Source of the DNA: the human T2T-CHM13v2.0 reference genome, Homo sapiens
DNA length: 64,000 nt
Assembly (NCBI RefSeq): GCF_009914755.1
Contig: NC_060932.1
Direction: 5' to 3' (one strand)
Numbering within the stretch: the stretch's first letter is position 1; each line of letters starts with the position of its first letter. This document shows positions 42,591 through 62,117 of the stretch, in pieces. Position numbers and translations under genes: made by a program. Under the pieces are notes generated by a model. That model did no database searches. It was not told the origin of the DNA and worked only from the letters and a program-made list of their open reading frames with translations.

Positions 42591-43239
42591 AACTCTTTTG
42601 GTCTCTATGTTATTTAATGTGTTATAATAGGTTGATTGCAGTTAGATAATCTGGCTAGAATTCTACCTGCTTAGAGTGCATACATATATGGGGAGGGGTG
42701 TTGTATAGTTAAGACATTTGAGTAACTCAAGGTCAACAGGGACTCTTATCTTCATGGAGAGTAAATGCCTGTCCAATGGAATTTCAGGATCGACACGTTC
42801 AGTGTTTAAAAAAGCAAACAGCTTAGCTCATATTTTCATTCTTGGATTATTTTAAATGAGACAATGCCAGAGTACACAAAAGTAGATAGCTTGGTTTCAG
42901 ATTTTCATTCCTGAATTGAGATTTCAGTATGCATGCCATGCTAGGAGATGCCTACCAAAGAATGGAATGAGTAAGGGATGGAAATTACCGTATTTACTCG
43001 TGTTAGGCAAAGGACTTTTCTGCGACTTGCATGGTGATTTTATTTTTCTGTAAATAGTGAATGAGTGCCCAACAGGTGCTCTATGGTATGCTGTTTTGAA
43101 AATATCTGGTTGATTTCAATTTGAAGGCCCTGCTACAAAGTTTAAGTTTTTGGATGAAGAAAAGAGCAGTATAGTATTTTTCCTCAATAAATTATTTCCT
43201 TGTTCAGAATAACTTTTGGACAGGCAGACCAGAAATAAA

Positions 43240-43990
43240 TTGATTAATTCATTCAAGGAAACAGACAAAGGAAAAAGTATAGATTTTGATAAATGGAAGA
43301 AAGAACATAAATACCAACTCTCAAAAATTAAGAGGGGGAATGTGCTTAGATTGGATAGTAAGAAAAAGCCAATCTGTGCTAGTGACTTTTAAGCTGAAGC
43401 CTTAATGTTGGGAAAGAACCTGCAGGTGCAGAGCTTAGGGCAGGATCAGTCTAGATAGAGAATGCAGCAAGCTGAAAGGCCCTGAGGCTGGGAGGAGTTT
43501 AGCACATTCTAGTCATACACAGAACAGATGGCAGCGGTCCATATGAGGGATGTCTACAGCTTGGACTAGGATGATAGCGGTGGAGGCATATTTTGGAGGT
43601 ACTCACACACTGGAGTAGACTCTATACATATATGTCATATTTTAGGTACATAACACATGCATACAAATCATTCTCCAATCCCTATTCGGTTCTGTATAAT
43701 CTCAAAAATCTTCAATACATTTCAGTCTTTTATCAGACATTCTTAAACAGAAGCCATTCCTTCTCCTTGGTATGAGAGAGGATATTTCTTCAGACAATTC
43801 ACTTTCTGTTTGTTAGAAATTCCCTTTCTCCCTTCTTCCCTTTCTTCCTGCATTCCTTCTTCTTACCTGCCTGCCTTCCTCCAACAATATTTAATATATG
43901 CCTACTTGCCGTCAAGCACTGGGCTAGGTATTGAACATACAGTTATGAACAAAACAGTCCTTGTTACTGCTTTAATGAAATTTTCATTTG
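43240..43990 (-). mobile_element. L2 fragments
   Basis: aaggccctgaggctgggaggagtttagcacattct; caacaatatttaatatatgcctacttgccgtcaagcactgggctagg. Confidence 0.55.
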
Positions 43991-45602
43991 ATTAGGTGCT
44001 GATTACCCCAAACAGAATTTTATCTACTTTACATTTCTATTTTGTAAGTTAATAATTACTGAATGCTTACTAAATTCTAGGTAGCATGCTGAGCATGTTA
44101 CTTTTATTTTTTGTAAGCATTTTTCATTTTATTAAATAAATTTTATCATAAGGATTGTGTTTACTGAATTGTTCATTTCTTGCATCTATACTATTCTTAA
44201 CCATTCCCACCTGTTGAACCTTGAGATGATTCACAATCATTTATAAAGGCTGGCCAATTCAGTGGACATGTACAGAAAAAGCCTTAGGGTTTAAATACGT
44301 CCTGAGAACAAAAGGAACACACACTGCCCAGAATTCAAAAGGCAAACGTTGCCTTTAGACTTGAATGATAGCTCTATCTGACTTATCCATTTTTAGGAGA
44401 TGAGGTATAATAATATCTTTAAAATAAAAAAAACTTTTTGTATTTAAAGAGTTTTTTGTCTTTTAAATTCTCTACTTCATGATGATCTAATTTTATTGAC
44501 ACAAAATTGTATATATTTAAGTTGCACAACTTGACATTTTGATATACATATACATTGTGAAATGATCGTCTCTTTCCAGCCAATTAACATGTCACCTTTA
44601 TATAGGTACCAGTTTTGTGCCCTTTGACCAACATCACCCCATTTCTTTCTTCCCTTGGCCTCTCTGCATCCACATGTTTGACTATTTTAAATTCCACGTA
44701 TAATTGAGAACCGTGCAGTATTTCTCTTTCTGTGTCATGTTTATTTCTCTTGGCATAATGTCCTCTAGCTTCATTCGTGTTGTTGCAAATAGCAGGACTT
44801 TCTTTTTTTTTTAAAGGCTGAATAATATTCCATTGTTTGTGTGTGTGTATCACATTTTCTTATCCATTCATCCATTGAAGGACATTTTAGTTTTTTCCAT
44901 ATCTTAGTTACTGTGAATAATGCTGGAATAAACATGGGAATTCAGGCATCCCTCCATGATCCTGTTTTCAATTTCATTGGATATATACCCAGAAGTGGGA
45001 TTGCTGGATCATACGGTATTTCTATTTTGAATGTTTGAGGAAGCTTTATACTGTTTTCCATAGTGGCTGCACTAGTTTATATTCCCACCAACAGTGTAAC
45101 GGGTTCTCTTTTCTCCACATCCTTGCCTACACTTGTTATCTTTTGTCTTTTTTATAATAGTCATACTAGCAGGTGTGAGGTAATTATCTCATTGTGGTTT
45201 TGATTTTTCATTTCCCTAATAATTAGTGATGTTGAGAACATCTTCATTTGCCTGTTGATCCCTTGAATTTCTTCTTTTGAAAAGTGTCTATTTAGGTTCT
45301 TTGCTCATTTTTTAGTCAGGGTATTTGTGTTTGGGGTATTGAGCTAAATGAGATCCTTACATGTTTTGGATATTAATACATTTTTGATATATTATTTGCA
45401 AATATTTTCCCAATTCTATAGGTTGCTGTTATTTTCTTTACTGTGAAGAAGTTTTTTAGTTTGATGCAATTCCACTTGTCTATTTTTAATTTTGTTACCT
45501 ATGCTTTTCATACCCAGAAAATTATTGCCAAGACCAGTGTCAAGAAGGTTTTTCCCTATGTTTTCTTCCAGGAATTTTACAGTTCCAAATTTTATGTTTA
45601 AG

Positions 45603-47822
<2,220 letters not shown>

Positions 47823-48989
47823 AAAATTATGTTCAGATAAATGTAAGACTTTTTGTGGTTCCATATGAATTTTAGAATTTTTGTTTCCTATTTCTGTAAA
47901 CATCATCAGAATTTTGATAGCGATTATATTGAATCTGTAGGTCACCTTATGTAATATGAACATTTTGACAATATTAGTTCTCCCAATCCATGAACATGAG
48001 GTGTTTTTTATTTATTCATGTCATTTTAAATTTTCTTCATTAATGTTTTATAATTTTCAGTGTTCAGGTCTCTCACCTCTTTGCTTAAGTTAATTCCTAA
48101 GTATTTTATTTTTTGGTTGTTGCTAATGTAAATGATATTGTTTTCTTAATTTCCTTTTTGGATAGTTTGTTGTTGGTGCATAGCAATCCCATTGAATTTT
48201 GTATGTTGATTTTGTATCCTACAACTTTACCGAGTTCATTTATTTGTTTGAATAGCTTTTTTGTGAAATCTTTAAGGTTTTCTACATAAAAGATATCATT
48301 TGAAAACAGATAGTTTTACCTCTTCCCTTTAGATTTGGATGCCTTTTCTTTTTTTTTCTTGCCGGATTGCTCTGTGACTTCCAGTAATACGTTGCATAGC
48401 AGTGGTAAGAGTGGGCATCCATGCCTTGTTCCAGATTTTACAAGAAAATTTTTTTATTATTTCTCCATTGATGATTACGTGGGTTTTTCATATGTGGTCT
48501 TTATTTCCCTATTGATTATGATGCTAGCTGTGGGTTTTTCATCTATGGCCTTTATTGTGTTGAGGTAAGCTTCTTCCATACCTATTTTGTTAAGACTTTT
48601 TATCATGAAAAAATAATGAATTTTGTCAAATGCTTTTTCCACATCTATTGAGATGATCACGTGGCCTTTGTCTTTAATTCTACTACTGTGGTGTATTACA
48701 TTGGTTGATTCTCATAAATTGAACCATCATTGCATCCCAGGGATAAATTTCACTTGATCCTGCTCCATGATCTTTTTAATGTGCTATTGAATTTGGTTTG
48801 CTAGTATAGTCTTGTGTTGTTTTTGTCTGGCTTTAGAATCAGAGTGATGCTGGTTTCTTAAATGAGTTTTGGATTGTTCCTTCTTCTACTTCATGGAAGT
48901 TTAAGGATTGGTATCACCTCTTCTTTAAATATATGGTCGAGTTCACCTACCAAGCCATTTAGTTTGGGGCTTTTGTTGGAAAGATTTTT

Positions 48990-49283
48990 GTTTTTGTTTT
49001 TGTTTTAAGCCTGAGACTCCGTCACCCAGGCTGGAGTGCAGTGGCAGAATCACAGCTCATTGCAGCCTCGACCTCCTGGGGTCAAATAATCCTCCTATGT
49101 CAGCTTCCTGAGTAGCTGGGACTACACTCATGCACCACAACACCCAGCTAATTTTTAATGTTTTTGTAGACATAGGGGTCTTACTATGTTGCCCAGGCAG
49201 GTCTCAAACTCCTGGGCTAAAGCTATTCTCCAGCCTGGCCTCCCGAAGTGCTGAAATTGCAGGTGTGAGCCACCGCACTAGCC
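48990..49283 (-). mobile_element. AluJ inside L1MA
   Basis: Diverged reverse Alu; TSD ttggaa(a/g)g(a/t)tttt. Confidence 0.88.
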
Positions 49284-49784
49284 TTTTGGAAGGTTTTTGA
49301 TTATTAATTCAATCGCCTTGCTCGTTATTGGTCTGTTTAGCCTTTCTATTTATTTTTGATGCAGTTGTAGTAGGTTGTATGTTTCTAGGAATTTATCCAT
49401 TTCTTCTCAGTTTTGTAACTCCTTGGTTGGCATGTAATTGCTCACAATAGTCCCTTATGAAGTTTTTTAATTTCTGTGTTATCCATTGTAATGTCTCCTT
49501 TTTCATTTCCAATTTTATTTATTTGAGACTTTCTCTTTTTTTTCTTAGTCTAGTTTAGGATTTTTTAAAAATTTTATTATTATTATACTTTAAGTTTTAG
49601 GGTACATGTGCACAAAGTGCAGATTTGTTACATATGTATACATGTGCCATGTTGGTGTGCTGCACCCATTAACTCGTCATTTAGCACTAGGTATATCTCC
49701 TAATGCTATCCCTCCCCCTCCCCCCACCCATGACAGGCCCCGGTGTGTGATGTTCCCCTTTCTGTGTCCAAGTGTTCTCATTGT

Positions 49785-53610
<3,826 letters not shown>

Positions 53611-53674
53611 TATGACGTCAGCTGGCTACTTTGCTTGTTAGTTGATGCAGTTTCTTCCTAGCCTTTTTGGTCTT

Positions 53675-54687
53675 TACAATTTGGCATGTTTTTGCAGTGG
53701 CTGGTACCGGTTGTTCCTTTACATGTTTAGTGCTTCCTTCAGGAGCTCTTTTAGGGCAGGCCTGGTGGTGACAAAATCTCTCAGCATTTGTTTCTCTGTA
53801 AAGTATTTTATTTCTCCTTCACTTATGAAGCTTAGTTTGGCTGGATATGAAATTCTGGGTTGAAAATTCTTTTCTTTAAGAATGTTCAATATTGGCCCCC
53901 ACTCTCTTCTGTCTCGTAGAGTTTCTGCTGAGAGATCAGCTGTTAGTCTGATGGGCTTCCTTTGTGGGTAACTTGACCTTTCTCTCTGGCTGCCCTTAAC
54001 GTTTTTTCCTTCATTTCCACTTTGGTGAATCTGACAATTATGTGTCTTGGAGTTGCTCTTCTCGAGGAGTATCTTTGTGGTATTCTCTGTATTTCCTGAA
54101 TTTGAATGTTCGCCTGCCTTGCTAGATTGGGGAAGTTTTCCTGGATAATATCCTGCAGAGTGTTTTCCAGCTTGGTTCCATTCTCCCTGTCACTTTCAGG
54201 TACACCAATCAGACGCAGATTTGGTCTTTTCCATAGTCCCATATTTCTTGGAGGCTTTGTTCGTTTCTTTTTAATCTTTTTTCTCTAAACTTCTCTTCTC
54301 GCTTCATTTCATTCATTTCGTCTTCCATCACTGATACCCTTTCTTCCAGTTGATTGCATTGGCTACTGAGGCTTCTGCATTCTTCACGTAGTTCTCGTGC
54401 CTTGGTTTTCAGCTCCTTCAGGTCCTTTAAGGACTTCTCTGCATTGGTTATTCTAGTTATCCATTTGTCTAATTTTTTTTAAAGTTTTTAACTTCTTTGC
54501 CATTTGTTTGAACTTCCTCCTGTAGCTTGGAGTAGTTTGATCCTCTGAAGCCTTCTTCTCTCAACTCGTCAAAGTCATTCTCCGTCCAGCTTTGTTCCAC
54601 TGCTGGTGAGGAGCTGCGTTCCTTTGGAGGAGGAGAGGTGCTCTGATTTTTAGAGTTTCTAGTTTTTCTGCTCTGTTTTTTCCCCAT
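53675..54687 (-). pseudogene. L1 ORF1p, frameshifted
   Basis: MGKKQSRKTRNSKNQS start; KRPNLRLIGVPESD...PRHIIVRFTK fragment. Confidence 0.93.
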
Positions 54688-55713
54688 CTTTGTGGTTTTA
54701 TCTACCTTTGGTCTTTGATGATGTTGACATATAGATGGGTTTTTGGTGTGGATGTCCTTCCTGTTTGTTAGTTTTCCTTCTAACAGACAGGACCCTCAGC
54801 TGCAGGTCTGTTGGAGTTTGCTAGAGGTCCACTCCAGACCCTGTTTGCCTGGGTATCAGTAGCAGTGGCTGCAGAACAACGGATATTGGTGAACCGCAAA
54901 TGCTGCTGCCTGATCGTTCCTCTGGAAGTTTTGTCTCAGAGGAGTACCGGCCGTGTAAGCTATCAGTCCGCCCCTACTGGAGGATGCCTCCCAGTTAGGC
55001 TACTCGGGGTTCAGGGACCTACTTGAGGAGGCAGTCTGCCCATTCTCAGATCTCAAGCTGCATGCTGGGAGAACCACTGCTCTCTTCAAAGCTGTCAGAG
55101 AGGGACATTTAAGTCTGCAGAGGTTACTGCTGTCTTTTTGTTTGTCTGTGCCCTGCCCCCAGAGGTGGAGCCTGCAGAGGTAGGCAGGCCTCCTTGAGCT
55201 GTGGTGGGCTTCACCCAGTTCAAACTTCCCTGCCACTTTGTTTACCTAATCAAGTCTAGGCAATGGCGGGCGCCCCTCCCACAGCCTCGCTGCCACCTTG
55301 CAGTTTGATCTCAGACTGCTGTGCTAGCAATGAGTGAGACTCCGTGGGCGTAGGACCCTCCGAGCCAGGTGTGGATATAATCTCCTGGTGTGCCATTTTT
55401 TAAGCCCGTTGGGAAAGCGCAGTATTAGGGTGGGAGTGACCCGATTTTCCAGGTGCCGTCTGTCACCCATTTCTTTGACTAGGAAAGGGAATTCCCTGAC
55501 CCCTTGGGCTTCCCAGGTGAGGCAATGCCTCGCCCTGCTTCAGCTCATGCACGGGGCACTGCACCCACTGTCCTGCACCCACTGTCTGGCACACCCCAGT
55601 GAGATGAACCCAGTACCTCAGTTGGAAATGCAGAAATCACCCGTCTTCTGCGTCGCTCACGCTGGGAGCTCTAGACTGGAGCTGTTCCTATTTGGCCATC
55701 TTGGCTCCTCCCC
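54688..55713 (-). promoter_or_regulatory. L1 5'UTR internal (sense and antisense) promoter
   Basis: YY1 motif (ggccatcttgg on plus, ~55694) and CpG-containing 5'UTR. Confidence 0.8.
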
Positions 55714-56591
55714 CTAGTTTAGGATTTGTTGATTGTTTAACTTTTTAAAAACCAATCCATTTTCCTCTATTCTCTATTTTACATCACTCTATCATTTTCC
55801 TCCTTTTGCTAAGTTTGGGTTTAGTTTGTTCTTATTTTTCTAGTTTCTCGGAATATAAATCTAGGTTTTTAAATTGATATCTTTCTCCTTTAACATAGGC
55901 ATTTAATACTAGGTGTTAAAGTAGTTCCCTCCTAGTACTGCTTTTGTCGCATCCCATAAGTTTTGGTAAGTTATATTTTCATTTTTACTTGTCTTGAGAT
56001 AATTTTTTAAATTCCCTTTTCATTTTCTCTTTTACTCAATTGTTGTTTAAGAATGTGTGGTTTAGCTTACATGTATTTGTGAATTTTCCTGTTTTCTTTC
56101 TATTTTTGATTTCTAGTTTCATTCTACTGAGAAGATAGTTGATATGAGCTCAATTTTCTTAAAGTTGTCAATACAAATTCGAGGCCTCTGGGGACCATGG
56201 TGTCTTCTGCCATGTGGCTGATACTGATAGGCCCTACTCTTCTTCTTTTATTCTACCCATCTCCAGATGTCTCAGCTGTGTTGGTTTCCCCAGCAATCTG
56301 GGTAGATGAAGCCAAAGTGGGTCCTTCATGCGATGCCCAAAGGGCTGGGGAAGCTGGGCATTCACCCTGCTCTTCTTCTCCCTGTTTGAGAAGCTCATGC
56401 ATGGGCTGGGGATTTATCACTGGTTGCTGAACTGTGATGGCCTAGGGGATGAGATAATGCAGCAAAATAAAACTGTTCTTCCTACCATTTTTGTGCAGTT
56501 ATTTCTTGATTTTTTTGCTCCATTGTGTTGTGACAGTATCTTACCTACACTTCTGAGCTCTCCTAGAGCTATTTTTATTCTTGGATAGCTA

Positions 56592-56593
<2 letters not shown>

Positions 56594-56639
<46 letters not shown>
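56594..56639 (+). repeat. (TG)23 microsatellite
   Basis: Perfect dinucleotide run inside the L1M 5' end. Confidence 0.95.
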
Positions 56640-56641
<2 letters not shown>

Positions 56642-56684
56642 GGCTAGGATCTTCTACTCTGCCATCTTCCTGATGTCGCTCCTC

Positions 56685-56833
56685 ACATGTATTATCTTAA
56701 TTAATCCTTAAAACTCTATTCTGTTCATGAGGAAGCTGAAGCTCAGGGAAATTGCTGGCCCTAAGTAAGTGGCAGAGTTAGTCTTAGTCTCAGGTCTCTG
56801 GAACTCAGAGTTCCAGCTCTTAATTGCAATGCT
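56685..56833 (-). mobile_element. MIR (probable continuation of the MIR piece at ~44050-44101)
   Basis: acatgtattatcttaattaatcc...atgaggaagctgaagctcaggg...agtaagtggcagag. Confidence 0.65.
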
Positions 56834-57030
56834 TTATGTCATCTTAAATTTTATTTTAAAGCTAACTAACCAAATACATAAATAAAAGCATACAAATGAA
56901 GAAATAAAAACTTGTTTTAGCATTACCCATTTCTTGCTTCCTTTAATGAGGAGGGAGCTGGAAAGCTTTATACTACCCTTTCTCAGGCTGCTCTGGTCTA
57001 CATGATTTAAGATCTATTTTAAGAGAAGTA

Positions 57031-57343
57031 GGCCGGGTGTGGTGGCTAACGCCTGCAATCCCAGCACTTTGGGAGGCTGAGGGGGACAGATAACCTGAGG
57101 TCAGGAGTTGAAGATCAGCCTGGCCAACATGGTGAAGCTCCATCTCTACTAAAAATGCAAAATTAGCTGGGTGTGGCAGCATGCCTGTAATCCCAACTAC
57201 TCAGGAGGCTGAGGCAGAAGAATCACTTCAACCTGGGAGGTGGAGGTTGTGGTGAACCAAGACTGTGCCATTGCACTCCAGCCTGGGCAAAAAGAGCAAA
57301 ACTCCAACTCAAAAAAAAAAGAAAAAAAGAAAAAGAAAAAAAA
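57031..57343 (+). mobile_element. AluSq/Sp-like
   Basis: Full Alu with cctgggcaaaaagagcaaaactcc and A-tail. Confidence 0.93.
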
Positions 57344-57639
57344 TCATAAAACGAGATCACCAGGAGCAATATCAATGACCTATTAGTTAACCTGAACTTC
57401 TGACAACCACATCCCATCTCCTAATGTGGAGAAATACAAAGCATTGTTTAATATTTCCATTGTCTTGTTTTAATGATAACAATATTGAAATGCAGAACTG
57501 AGTTTTGTTTCTCCTTTCTTCCTCCATGTTCAGCCAGACAAATTTCACTGTTTGAATATTTGAAACTCTATTTGAAATCTGTAGCTTCATCATATAAAGA
57601 AAATTATTTACTGGAATCATAATAACAGGAATTACTATT

Positions 57640-58235
57640 CTCTGTTTGCTTTCTGCCTCCCCTTCCACTCCATTTCCTACATATCAGCCAGTGACCTGCA
57701 AAGGTGAATTAGGTTGTGTTCCTCCTCAGCATTATACTCTCCAACCTGCCATTGCCCTAAACGAAAAGATCAGCTGTAACCTGCAGGGCCCTGGGTGTCC
57801 TGTCTCCTACCATCAATCCTAACTTCACCTTGCACCACCTTCTCCTTGGATTACTACCCTCCAGCCACAGTGTTCTTGGAACTCCCATGGCCAAGAATGC
57901 TCTTCCTTGAATTCAAGTGGCTAATGCTTTCCATGCTATAGTTCTTTTATTTCACCTTCACCGAAAGACTTCCATAATTACCTATCTAGAGAAGATCACT
58001 CTTTTTCACTATCACCAGCTGATTATTCTTTATGTCAGTTTTTCATTAGTTTTCATTCTAGTGTGTATCACAAGACACAATGGATATTTGTCTATTTACT
58101 TTTGTCAGTACCACTCAACTAGAATGTAAGCTTGAGGAGAAACTCTCTCTTTTGCTCCCGGATATAGTGCTGGTTCCTAGAACAGAACTTGGCACACAAA
58201 AGGCACTAAATAAATATGTAGAATGCATGAATAGA
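57640..58235 (+). mobile_element. L2 3' region
   Basis: ccactcaactagaatgtaagcttgagg...cttggcacacaaaaggcactaaataaatatgtagaatgcatgaatag. Confidence 0.7.
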
Positions 58236-58341
58236 TGATATTATTTTAATAACATTCTTTAGATATATTTTAAAAACCTATTGGATTTTGCTAAAATATT
58301 ATTCCATTTGGAATTTATTGAATGTAGAATGTCAAAGACAC

Positions 58342-59047
58342 TGTAACCAACTGAGGGGTTCTTTCTGCCCACTGCACAAATAAAGGCCATGGCATTGCAG
58401 TAAAGAAACTCTTTAATTGACACAAGGCTGGCCATGCTACGTGGAGATGGAGTTATTACTCAAATCAATCTCATCAAAGGGTCATAGGTTAGGGGTTTTT
58501 CAAAGGTAGTTTAGAGGAAGGGGTGGAGATGGTTAGGCCATGGGTGAGTGCTTGCTGTTGATTGGTTGGGTCAGAGAGGAAATCATAGGGAGTTGAAGCT
58601 GTCCTCTTGCACTGAGTTGCTTCTGGGTGGGGCCACAGAAGCCATGGTAAGTGGGATCAGGTGGTAGAGCAATGGGTGTCCGACATGCAAAAATCCAGAA
58701 AAGTTATCTCAAAAGGTCAATCTACAACAGTGATGTTCTCTGCAGCAGTAATTAAAGAAACTGCATATCTTTTGACCAGTCTACACCTTAGCAAGATGAA
58801 GGCTCTTCTCCTCCCCCTAGCCTGCTGATGTCTCATTAACTTTTTAAAGGTGGTTGAGTTTTGGGGAAGGCCCAAACTGCAAGATATTTAAATAAACTAT
58901 AATCTCTATATCTTCCAAAGTTAACTCAGCCCAAGCCTAGGAATAAAGCAGCTTGAAAGCTAAAGGCGAGAGGGAGGGTTGGCTGGATCAGATCTCCCCC
59001 ACTGCCATAATTTTCTCACTGACATAATTTTTGCAAAGGTGGTTTCA
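58342..59047 (-). mobile_element. MER50-like solo LTR (ERV1)
   Basis: Revcomp start tgaaaccacctttgcaaaaattatgtcagtgagaaaattatggcagtgggggagatctga; TG...CA termini. Confidence 0.8.
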
Positions 59048-59434
59048 ATATCCATAGGAACTTTAAAAGTAGTAGCTTACTATGATTAGTCACCAGTATC
59101 ACAGACTATAGAAAAGTGTTGGTCTAGTCATTGAACAAAATAATATACTCTTATACTGTAATGAGTTAAAAATTGTAGAATGGGATGTGGTGCCTCATAA
59201 GTTTCTGTTTGTTTGTTGGCAAAGAAACCACTTCTGAGAGATTGAAGATTTGCACTAAGATTTATGCATGCCATTTACTGTATCTGCAGGAAAATTTAAA
59301 TTTAAAATATATGCTCAAGTCAAAGCATATTAAATTTATGAAATAAATTATTATAATTTATATTTTCCATGTGATTAAATGCTTACATTTCTGAATTTCT
59401 TTTCTTTATTCTTGTGGAAAGAACAATAAATTCT

Positions 59435-59627
59435 TATTTTATTTTATTTTAAGTTCTGGGATACATGTGCAGAATGTGCAGGTTTATTACATAGGTATAC
59501 ATGTGCCATGATGGTTTGCTGCACCTATCAACCCGTCATCTAGGTTTTAAGCCCCACATGCATTAGGTATTTGTCCTAATGCTCTCCCTCCCCTTGCCCC
59601 CCACCCCCTGTGTTGTTCCCCTCCCTG
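59435..59627 (-). mobile_element. Short L1PA8-11-like 3' end
   Basis: aagttctgggatacatgtgcagaatgtgcagg...cattaggtatttgtcctaatgc. Confidence 0.85.
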
Positions 59628-62117
59628 AAATTTTTACAGGATAAGAAGTAATGAACAACTGTTTCTAGTTTACCACTGCCAAAGAGAGATCTTCCTTAAT
59701 TTATTTAAATAAGGCAACGTTAAAAAAAATCAACATAAACTTCAGTTTTTGTTGCTGAAATGCAACATTTCAGCAACGTGAAAGTGTGAAGAAATGGGTG
59801 TTCCTAAATCAGAACAAATGGACTAATTTTCAAAAAGTTCAGTTTGGGGATTATGCCACCTTTTAATTACGCTAAGGGGAAAGTATGTGCAACATCAGAC
59901 ACACTGGGCTGCCATTTATTCCTCTCGCCGCCTTGTCCCAGTTGAGGCAGTGTTGTTGGTTGCAATCTGAGTACTGAACCCTAGTCAACAATACCCATTA
60001 CTCATTCTTTCAATCAAATATCAACGTGGGAAGTTTGTGACTTAGGCCAAAGATAAAACGATCTGAACAGCTGTTCCTCTCAGGCTCAGTTCTGATCCTT
60101 GTGAGTAAAAAAGAATACCTTAGAAAAGTAACTGTGAGTCCTAATACGACGGTTGCCAAACAAAAAATCTAGCCCCGTTTATTTTGGAAGAGACGTGTGC
60201 ATCAATCTGGCTGTAAGCAATGTATTTATACGCGTGCTTCTGCCCAAGAGGGACAGCATGGTTCACCCCTCTCATTTGAATGGTGATTTCTCTGTGTGAA
60301 TTGTTTGTCTTCTCTACCCTGGCACCTTCTGAAAAGAAGAATGTCTTTAACATCAATAATAAATGATTACTTCTGTGTGTGAAACTAAAAGACAAAAATC
60401 TGGTCAGGATAGCCTCCCTTGAGGATTCAAATTCTGACCTTACAGAAGGATCAACTGTCCTGAGGGTTAATGTCAATAGAACCTAAGAATTTAATGAAGG
60501 ATTAGCAGTGGGGAGGCGGCAGGATAGATCTTCAAGCAGGAGCAAGACAACTCATGTCTCTGTATCATATTATTCCCCATACGACCACCATTTCCCCACT
60601 GGTTCTTGTCTGTCCACGTTAAGTATCAAGTCTAGATTGAAATTTTTTTGGCTCCTAAATTGTGGATATGCTTTCCAATTTTTCCATCTTGTTGACATTT
60701 ATAAATATTAACTAACGATAATTAGGTGCTCTAGTTTAAAGAATTACACATGGAGTCTCTTCATTGCCCCGAGAAAGGTTCTCTGGCTGCTCCAAGCATT
60801 GCAATTCACTTTTACATGTCATGCAAGTGCTTTTCATTCAGTTATATTCCTTTTTCAATAGGATATACTGAGAAATTAAAACTACAAAGACTAGCTCTTG
60901 CTTCTAGTAAGTAATAGTGTGTTTCAAGGTTAAACTATACTGGGTCCTACAAAGGAATTTATTTAGTATTGAAACTAAATTTCTCAGTCTTTTGAATTCA
61001 TCTGATACTTCTGATGTACAAAGAAAAACACATCTTACTATAGCTAAGAAACTATAGATATACAGATAAGAAACTATAATTCCAAAGATCTCAATTCTGT
61101 TTACATACTGAATTGGCTCCAGAAAAAGCATTTATTCTAGCATGTAACACAACACATTTGTTTTAGACATCAATATTTATACTGATCTCTTTCAACCCTT
61201 TTAGTATCGCAGAATTTCAAATCATTAGGTATTCATTTTGCATTGTGCTTTTCAAGGTCATAGAAAGAGAATTCTCTATCTTTTTCTAAGATATAGTTAA
61301 AAACATTCCTGTTTCATTAAAAACGTTCCTGTGCTAAAACAAAGTAAATGGTTTATGTACCAGAGCACATAGAAGCAATTAGCTTCATATAGCTACTCAC
61401 GCTCAAATTGGAAATTCCCTTTCTCAATTTTACGTTCCACATAAATGAGTATGTGTTATAACCATCTCAAAGACTATGTAGCTTATCATATTATATTCCA
61501 TAATTGCATTTTTCTTTACATTGATACTTGTTAACTAGTATCAGTGGGTGTCTCTGGCTTGAAAAATGGATGTCTCTGGCTTGAAAAAATTTACTTAGGG
61601 ATTTCATACCAGTTTAAAATTATTTAAATACCGAATACCAAACCATATGCCAATATATATTTGTAGGATTTCAGTTGACTGTAACTTATAAGAGTAATTC
61701 ATATTATATCACAGTAATTATTTTTATAAAAACATCACAAGTCAAGAAGATGGATTAGGTTAAGCAAAGCAAAGTAACAAACATTATAGAGCCATATCTA
61801 AAGAAAAAATACATATTTTTTTTACAATGACAAGGTGCCTCCTCATCATTTAGAGGCAAAATCAAAAGTGTCCAAATAACTTTCTAAAGCCAACAGATAA
61901 AAACTAATCATATCTTAATCTTAGTGCTAAGACAGTGTTGGTGGGATTTTTAAAATGCAGTGTGTTATGGTTTAATTGACAGCATTTTTTTTTTGTAGAT
62001 GAGTATAAAATAAGTTCATCTTAGGATCAGTGGAGAAAGTAGAAATACTGAGTAGCATTTTCTTTTTGTTCCCATTGTAACGTAGGGCATGGGGTGGTTA
62101 ATTTATTTTCATATAAA

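Noticed and set aside
55263-55336. L1 antisense ORF0 (MAGAPPTASLPPCSLISDCCASNE...)
   Set aside because: Terminated after 24 codons by TGA (CGA decay), with a later frameshift; ORF 55334-55717 is only its out-of-frame remainder
61549-61588. 18-bp direct repeat tgtctctggcttgaaaaa x2
   Set aside because: Ordinary slippage duplication, not an array or CRISPR-like structure
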